From positions 22,754,001 to 22,818,000 of the forward strand of contig NC_086108.1 of NCBI RefSeq assembly GCF_963921235.1: a stretch of 64,000 nucleotides of DNA. Direction: 5' to 3'. The notes beneath the pieces are model-generated. The model was not told the origin of the DNA. It saw nothing but the letters and a program-made list of their open reading frames with translations, and made no database searches. The stretch is from Mobula hypostoma. Its lineage: Eukaryota. Position numbers and translations under genes: made by a program. Below are positions 57,715 through 64,000 of the stretch, piece by piece. Numbering within the stretch: the first letter of the stretch is position 1; every line of letters starts with the position of its first letter.

Positions 57715-59051
57715 ATTCCCCATAACTTCCACCATCTCCAATAGATCTTACCACTAGCTAAACCCCACCCTCCCAACCACCCCGTCTGCTTTCCATTGGG
57801 ATCACTTTCTATGGGACTCCCGCGTCCACTGACCCTCCCCACTGATTTCCCCCGGCGCTTATCTCTGAAAGTGTGACAAGTGCTACAGCATACCTGCCCC
57901 TGCCCCTCTTCCCTCACCACCATTCAGGGCCCCAAACAGTCCGTGCAGGTGACGTGACACTTCACCTGCTAATCTGTCAGGTGTAAGAAATGGAAGGAAG
58001 GGAAAAAGAGGGAGGTGATGGGCAGGGTAGGAGAAGAGGAGGGTTGAGAGGCTAACTAGAATGGGGAATAGAGAGAGAGAACAGTTTCTTCCCCCAAACC
58101 ATCAGACTCCTCAATACCCAGAGCCTGGACTGACACCAACCTACTGCCCTCTACTGTGCTCCTGGTAGGGCTTCACTATATTGGTTGACACAGAGTGAGG
58201 GATCGCTTTGTCGAGCACCTTCGCTCTGTATGCTGCAAAAGGCAGAATCTTCTGGTGGCTACCCATTTCAATTTTATTTTTCATTCCCATTCTGACATGT
58301 CTGGTCACAGCCTCCTGTACTGCCATGATGAGGCCAAACTCAGGTCAGATGAAAAACACCTTATATTTTGTCTTCAATCAGTTGGCATGAATATCAATTT
58401 CTCTAACTTCTGATAATATCTTCCTCCTCCCTCTTTCAAGTCAAGTCAAGTCACTTTTTATTGTCATTTTGACCATAACTGCTAGTACAGTACACAGTAA
58501 AAACGAGACAACGTTTTTCAGGACCATGGTGCTACATGAAACAATACAAAAACTACACTGAACTATGTAAAACAACACAAAAACTACACTAGACTACAGA
58601 CCTACCCAGGACTGCGTAAAGTGCACAAAACAGTGCAGGCATTACAATAAATAATAAACAAGACAATAGGCACAGTAGAGGGCAGTAGGTTGGTGTCAGT
58701 CCAGGCTCTGGGTATTGAGGAGTCTGATGGTTTGGGGGAAGAAACTGTTCTCTCTCTCTATTCCCCATTCTAGTTAGCCTCTCAACCCTCCTCTTCTCCC
58801 ACCCTGCCCATCACCTCCCTCTTTTTCCCTTCCTTCCATTTCTTACACAGTCTACTGTCTTCTCCTGTCAGATTACTTCATCTTCAGCCCTTTATTTCTG
58901 CCAGATCTCTGCCTAGCTTCTTTCTTCATCCCTCCCCCTAACCTCACCTGGTGTCACCCATCACTTGCCATCTTGTACACCTTCTCCTGCCCCACCTTCT
59001 TATTTTGCCTTCTTCCCCCTTCTTTTCAGTCCTGCTGAACGGTCTTGGCCC
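57715..59051 (+). mobile_element. Penelope-like element 3' region (GIY-YIG), degraded and interrupted
   Basis: SSLTTIQGPKQ...HFTC, YIG, RFVEHLRSV...VATHFN...HSHSDM...GMNINFSNF*; ends inside the hammerhead CAGTCCTGCTGAACGGTCTTGGCCC. Confidence 0.85.
58436..58750 (-). mobile_element. Rex1-like LINE 3' tail inserted in the Penelope UTR
   Basis: (TCAAG)n tail; minus strand reads NSFFPQTIRLLN. Confidence 0.8.
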
Positions 59052-59059
59052 ATCTACAG

Positions 59060-59850
59060 TATTAGTGCCTTGTGAGCTTAATGAGAATGGATCCCAGGTC
59101 AATGGTGTGCTCCTCATGCAAGATGTTGGAGATCTTGGAGCTCCAATCTTCCTGATTGCTACATCTGTGAGAAGTGCATCTGGGTGGAGCACCTTATAGA
59201 CCCTGATAGGGGACTGGAGCTGGATGACCTATGGCCAAACAGGGGAATGAGTGGGTGATAGATAGGAGTTACAGGGTGGTGTTCACATTTAACTTGCAAG
59301 AGGCAGGTAGCTGCTAGACTGTCAGGAGAGGGAAAGGGAATAGGCAGGTAGTGCAGAGTACCCCTGAGGCCATTTTCCTCAATAACAAGTATACCAGACG
59401 CCAGGGTCAGGATGTCTTGTATTGGGTCATAACATTCTTAAAGAAGAGGGTGAACAGCCAGAAGTTGTGGTACATATTGCTACCGACAACATTATTGGAA
59501 AAAGAGATGAGGTCCTGAAGAGAAAATATAGTGAGCTGGGTAGGGAGCTGAAAAGTTGGACTTCCCTGGCAGTAATCTCTGGATTGCTGCATGTGCCATG
59601 TGCCAGTGAAAGTAAGAATAGAATGTTTTGGCTGAGGAATCGGTCCGGGGGCTGGATTTCAGATTTGTGGATCATTGAGATCTCTTTTGGGGAAGGCATG
59701 ATCTCTTTTGGGGAAAGCAAAGGGATAGGTTACACCAGGAACCGAGGGGACCAATATCCAATATCCTTGAGGCGGATCAGCTTTGTTAGAGCTATTTTGG
59801 GTTGTGGGGTGGGGGTTAAACTAGTTTAGAAGGGGGATGGGAAACTGTGT
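59060..59850 (+). mobile_element. CR1 ORF1 remnant (zinc finger + esterase)
   Basis: ILKEEGEQPEVVVHI.TDNI...VISGLL.VP; homologous to 62900-63830. Confidence 0.8.
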
Positions 59851-59854
59851 GACA

Positions 59855-60240
59855 AGACCGTAGATATAGGAGTAGAATTAGGTCATTTGGCCCATTGAGT
59901 CTGCTGCACCATTCAATCATGACTGATCCTTTTCTTCCCTTCTCAGCCCCACTCCCCGGCCTTAACGTAACCTTTGATGCCATGGCCAATCAAAAACCCA
60001 TCAGTCTCCGCTTTAAATACACCCAATGACCTGGCCTCCACAACTGCCTGTGTAACAAATTCCACAATTTTGCCACCCTCTGCCTAAAGAACTTTCTCCG
60101 CATCTTTGTTTTAAATGGACATCCCTCTATCCTGAGGCTATGCCCTCTTGTTCGAGGAAACATCCTTTCCACATCTACTCTGTCTAGGCCTTTCAACATT
60201 TGAAAGGTTTCAATGAGATCCCCCCCCCCCCCGCCATCCT
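59855..60240 (-). mobile_element. CR1 3' fragment
   Basis: MLKGLDRVDVERMFP...GHSLRIEG...FFRQRV. Confidence 0.85.
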
Positions 60241-63200
60241 TAGAAACATAGAAAACCTACAGCACAATACAGGCCCTTCAGCCCACAAAGTTGTGCCGAA
60301 CATGTCCCTGCCTTAGAAATTACTAGGGTTACCCATAGCCCTCTATTTTTCTAAGCATGTACCTATCCAAAAGTCTCTTAAAAGACCCTATTGTTCCCGC
60401 CTCCACCACCATTGCCGGCAGCCCATTCCACGCACTCACCACTCTCTGCATAAAATCTTACCCCTGACATTTCCTCTGTATCTACTCCCAAGCACCTTAA
60501 ACCTGTGCCCTCTTGTGGCAGTCATTTCAACCCTGGGAAAAAGCCTCTGACTATCCACACTAGCAATGCCTCTCATACACTTTTGAGCATCCTATGGACT
60601 TGGACCCCCAGATCCCTCTGATACACCACATTTCCAAGAGTCTTACCATTAATACTATATCCTGCCATCATATTTGACTAACCAAAATGAACCACTTCAC
60701 ACTTATCTGGGTTGAACTCCATCTGCCACTTCTCAGCCCAGTTTTGCATCCTATCAATGTCCAGCTGTAACTTCTGACAGCCCTCCACACTATCCACAAC
60801 ACCCCCAACCATTGTGTCATCAGCAAACTTACTAACCCATCCCAGCAATTCCTCATCCAGGTCAATTATAAAAATCACGAAGAGTAAGGGTCCCAGAACA
60901 GATCCCTGAGACACACCACTGGTCACTGACCTCCATGCAGAATATGACCCGTCTACAACCACACTTTGCCTTCTGTGGGCATGCCAGTTCTGGATCCACA
61001 AAGCAATGTCCCCCTGAATTCTAAGCCTCCTTACTTTCTAAATAAGCCTGGCATAGGGTACCTTATCAAATGCCTTGCTGAAATTCATATACTCTACATC
61101 TACTGCTCTACCTTCATCAATGTGTTTAGTCACATCCTCAAAAAATTCTATCAAGCTCATAAGGCACGACCTGCCCTTGACAAAGCTATGCTGACTATTC
61201 CTAATCATATTATACCTCTCCAAATGTTCAAAATCCTGCCTCTCAGGATCTTCTCCATCAGCTTACCAACCACTGAAGTAATACTCACAGGTCTATAATT
61301 TCCTGGGCTATCTCTACCCCCTTTCTTAAATAAGGGAACAACATCCGCAACCCTCCAATCCTCCAGAACCTCTCCCATCCCCATTGATGATGCAAAGATC
61401 TTTGCCAGAGGCTCAGCAATCTCCTCCCTCACCTCCCACAGTAGCCTGGGGTACACCTCACCCAGTCCCAGCAACTTATCCAACTTGATGCTTTCCAAAA
61501 GCTCCAGCACATCCTCTTTCTTAATATCTACCTGCTCAAGCTTTTCAGTCCACTGCAAGTTATCACTACAATCACCAAGATCCTTTTCCATAGTGAATAC
61601 TGAAATAAAGTATTCATTAAGTACCTCTGCTCTTTCCTTTGGTTCCATACACACTTTCCCACTGTCACACTTGATAGTCCTATTCTTTCACATCTTATCC
61701 TCTTGCTCTTCACATACTTGTAGAATGCCTTGGGGTTTTCTTAATCCTGCCCGCCAAGGCCTTCTCATGGCCCTTCTGGCTCTCCTAATTTCCTTCTTAA
61801 GCTCCTTCCTGTTAGCCTTATAATCTTCTAGATCTCTAACATTACTCCACTCTCTGAACCTTTCATAAGCTTTTCTTTTCTTCTTGACTAGATTTACTAC
61901 AGCCTTTGTACACCACAGTTCCTGTACCCGACTATAACTTCCCTATCTTATTGGAATGTACCTATGCAGAACTCCACACAAATATCCCCTGAACATTTGC
62001 CACATTTCTTCCGTACCTTTCCCTGAGAACATCTGTTCCCAATTTAAGCTTCCAAGTTCCTGCCTGATAGCCTCATAATTCCCCTTACTCCAATTAAACA
62101 CTTTTCTAACTTGTCTGTTCCTATCTCTCTCCAATGCTATTGTAAAGGAGATAGAATTATGATCACTATCTCCAAAATGCTCTCCCACTGAGAGATCTGA
62201 CACCCGACCAGGTTCATTTCCCAATACCAAATTAAGTACAATCTCTCCTCTTGTTGGCTTATCTACATATTGTGTCAAGAAACCTTCCTGAATACACCTA
62301 ACAAACTCTACCCCATCTAAACCGTTTGCTCTAGGGAGATACCAATCGATATTTGGGAAATTAAAATCTCCCACCACGCCAACTCTGATTATTACTCCTT
62401 TTCAGCATCTGTTTCCCTATCTGCTCCTCGATATCCCTGTTACTACTGGGCGGTCTATAAAAATCACCCAGTAGAATTATTGACCCCTTCCTGTTCCTAA
62501 CCTCCACCCACAGAGACTCCGTAGACAATCCCTCCATGACATTCACCTTTTCTGCAGCCATGACACTATCTCTGATCAACAGTGCCATGCCCCACCTCTT
62601 TTGTCTCTCTCCCTATCCTTTCTGAAACACCAAAACCCGGCACTTGAAGTAACCATTCCTGTCCCTGAGCCATCCAAGTCTCCGTAATGGCCACCACATC
62701 ATAGCTCTAAGGTCATCCGCTTTGTTCACAATACTCCTTGTGTTAAAACAGACACATCTCAAACCGTCGGTCTGAGCATGTCCCTTCTTTATCACCTACC
62801 TATCCTCCCTCACACACTGTCTACAAGCTTTCTCTATTTGTGAGCCAACCGCCTCTTCCCCAGTCTCTTCAATTCGGTTCCCACCCCCAACAATTCTAAT
62901 TTAAACTCTCCCCAGTAGCCTTAGCAAACCTTCCCGCCAGGATATTGGCCCCCCTGGGATTCAAGTGCAACCTGTCCTTTTTGTACAGGTCACACCTGCC
63001 CCAAAACAGGTCCCAATGATCCAGAAATCTGAATCCCCGCCCCGTGCTCCAATCCCTCAGCCACGCATTTATCCTCCACCTCAATGTCACGTGGCACAGG
63101 CAGTAATCCCAAGATTACTACCTTTGCGGTCCTGCTTCTTAACTTCCTTCCTAGCTCCCTGTAGCCTGTTTTCAGGACCTTTTCCCTTTTCCTACCTATG

Positions 63201-63995
63201 TCGTTGGTACCAATATGTACTACGACCTCTGGCTGTTCTCCTTCCCACTTCAAGATATTGTGGACGCAATCAGAAACATCCTGGACCTTGGCACCTGGAA
63301 GGGAAACTACCATCCGAGTTTCTTTCCTGCATCCACAGAATCGCCTGTCTGACCCCCTAACTATAGAGTCCCCTATCACTGCTGCCTTTCTCTTCCTTTC
63401 CCTACCCTTCTGAGCCACAGGGACAGACTCTGTGCCAGCGGCACGGCCACTGTTGCTTCCCCCAGGTAGGCTGTCCCTCCCCCAACAGTACTCAAAACAG
63501 GAGTACTTATTGTTCAGGGGGATAGCCACAGGGGTATTCTCTAGTACCTGACTCTTCCCTTCTCTCTCCTGACTGTGACCCACTTGTCCGTCTCCCGAGG
63601 CCCCGGAGCGACCGCCTGCCTATGACTCCTTTCTATCACCTCCTTGCTCTCCCTGACCAGACGAAAGTCATCGAGCTGCAACTCCAGTTCCCTAGTGTGG
63701 TCCCTTAGGAGCTGCAGCTCGACACACTGGGTGCAGATATGGCCATCCGGGAGGCTGTGAGACTCCAGGACTTCCCACATCTGACACCGAGCACAGAACA
63801 CCAGCCTCACACACATACTTCCTCCTTTCCGCAAATAACACAGGTGAACCTACCTTGCCTCGTTCCATTACCACCCAAGCCCGTTGAGCCAAAGCCCTCA
63901 CACTCCACTGGCTGTTCCAAATGCTGCCTGCTGGATATGGCGGTCTTCTTTTTAAACTTTTTTCGCTCTACTGGCTGACATCACGTGCCTGCACA
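60241..63995 (-). mobile_element. Near full-length CR1 LINE (5' UTR, ORF1 zinc finger + SGNH esterase, ORF2), degraded
   Basis: ORF1 CARC...HICTQC, VIGDSIVRG, VHIGTND, LHLN; ORF2 CFNTRS, YRPP, GDFN, SDH, NYRPVS, FADD; frameshifts and a deletion near 60575. Confidence 0.93.
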
Positions 63996-64000
63996 GTACT

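Overview
Eukaryotic, vertebrate-type genomic DNA made up mostly of nested transposable elements. The V-SINE plus CR1-with-esterase, Rex1, Penelope, Tc1 and Buster-hAT mix suggests a cartilaginous fish (ray or shark); this is inference. No complete host gene is evident. Main contents: five near-identical young CR1 LINE copies (one with an uninterrupted APE+RT frame), other CR1 families including a near full-length copy with ORF1, a full-length degraded L1 (14-bp TSD), a 5'-truncated L1 with an open RT frame (15-bp TSD), Rex1/Babar-like LINEs, a Buster-type hAT (TIRs, 8-bp TSD), Tc1 remnants, two copies of one solo LTR, V-SINEs, an RTE-type short element and minisatellites. The most interesting signal is two families of Penelope-associated minimal type I hammerhead ribozyme motifs. 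One is an ORF-less locus with a tandem (444-nt period) plus inverted arrangement, resembling a retrozyme (29.2-30.1 kb). The other also gives rise to three ~200-bp fold-back elements. Also seen: a 179-bp templated inverted duplication, a 4-element LINE nest, a chimeric hAT-CR1 ORF, a candidate signal-peptide exon (54797-54860) and a possible Ig V-set pseudo-exon (33.3 kb). Family names come from visual motif recognition, and boundaries of degraded elements are approximate.
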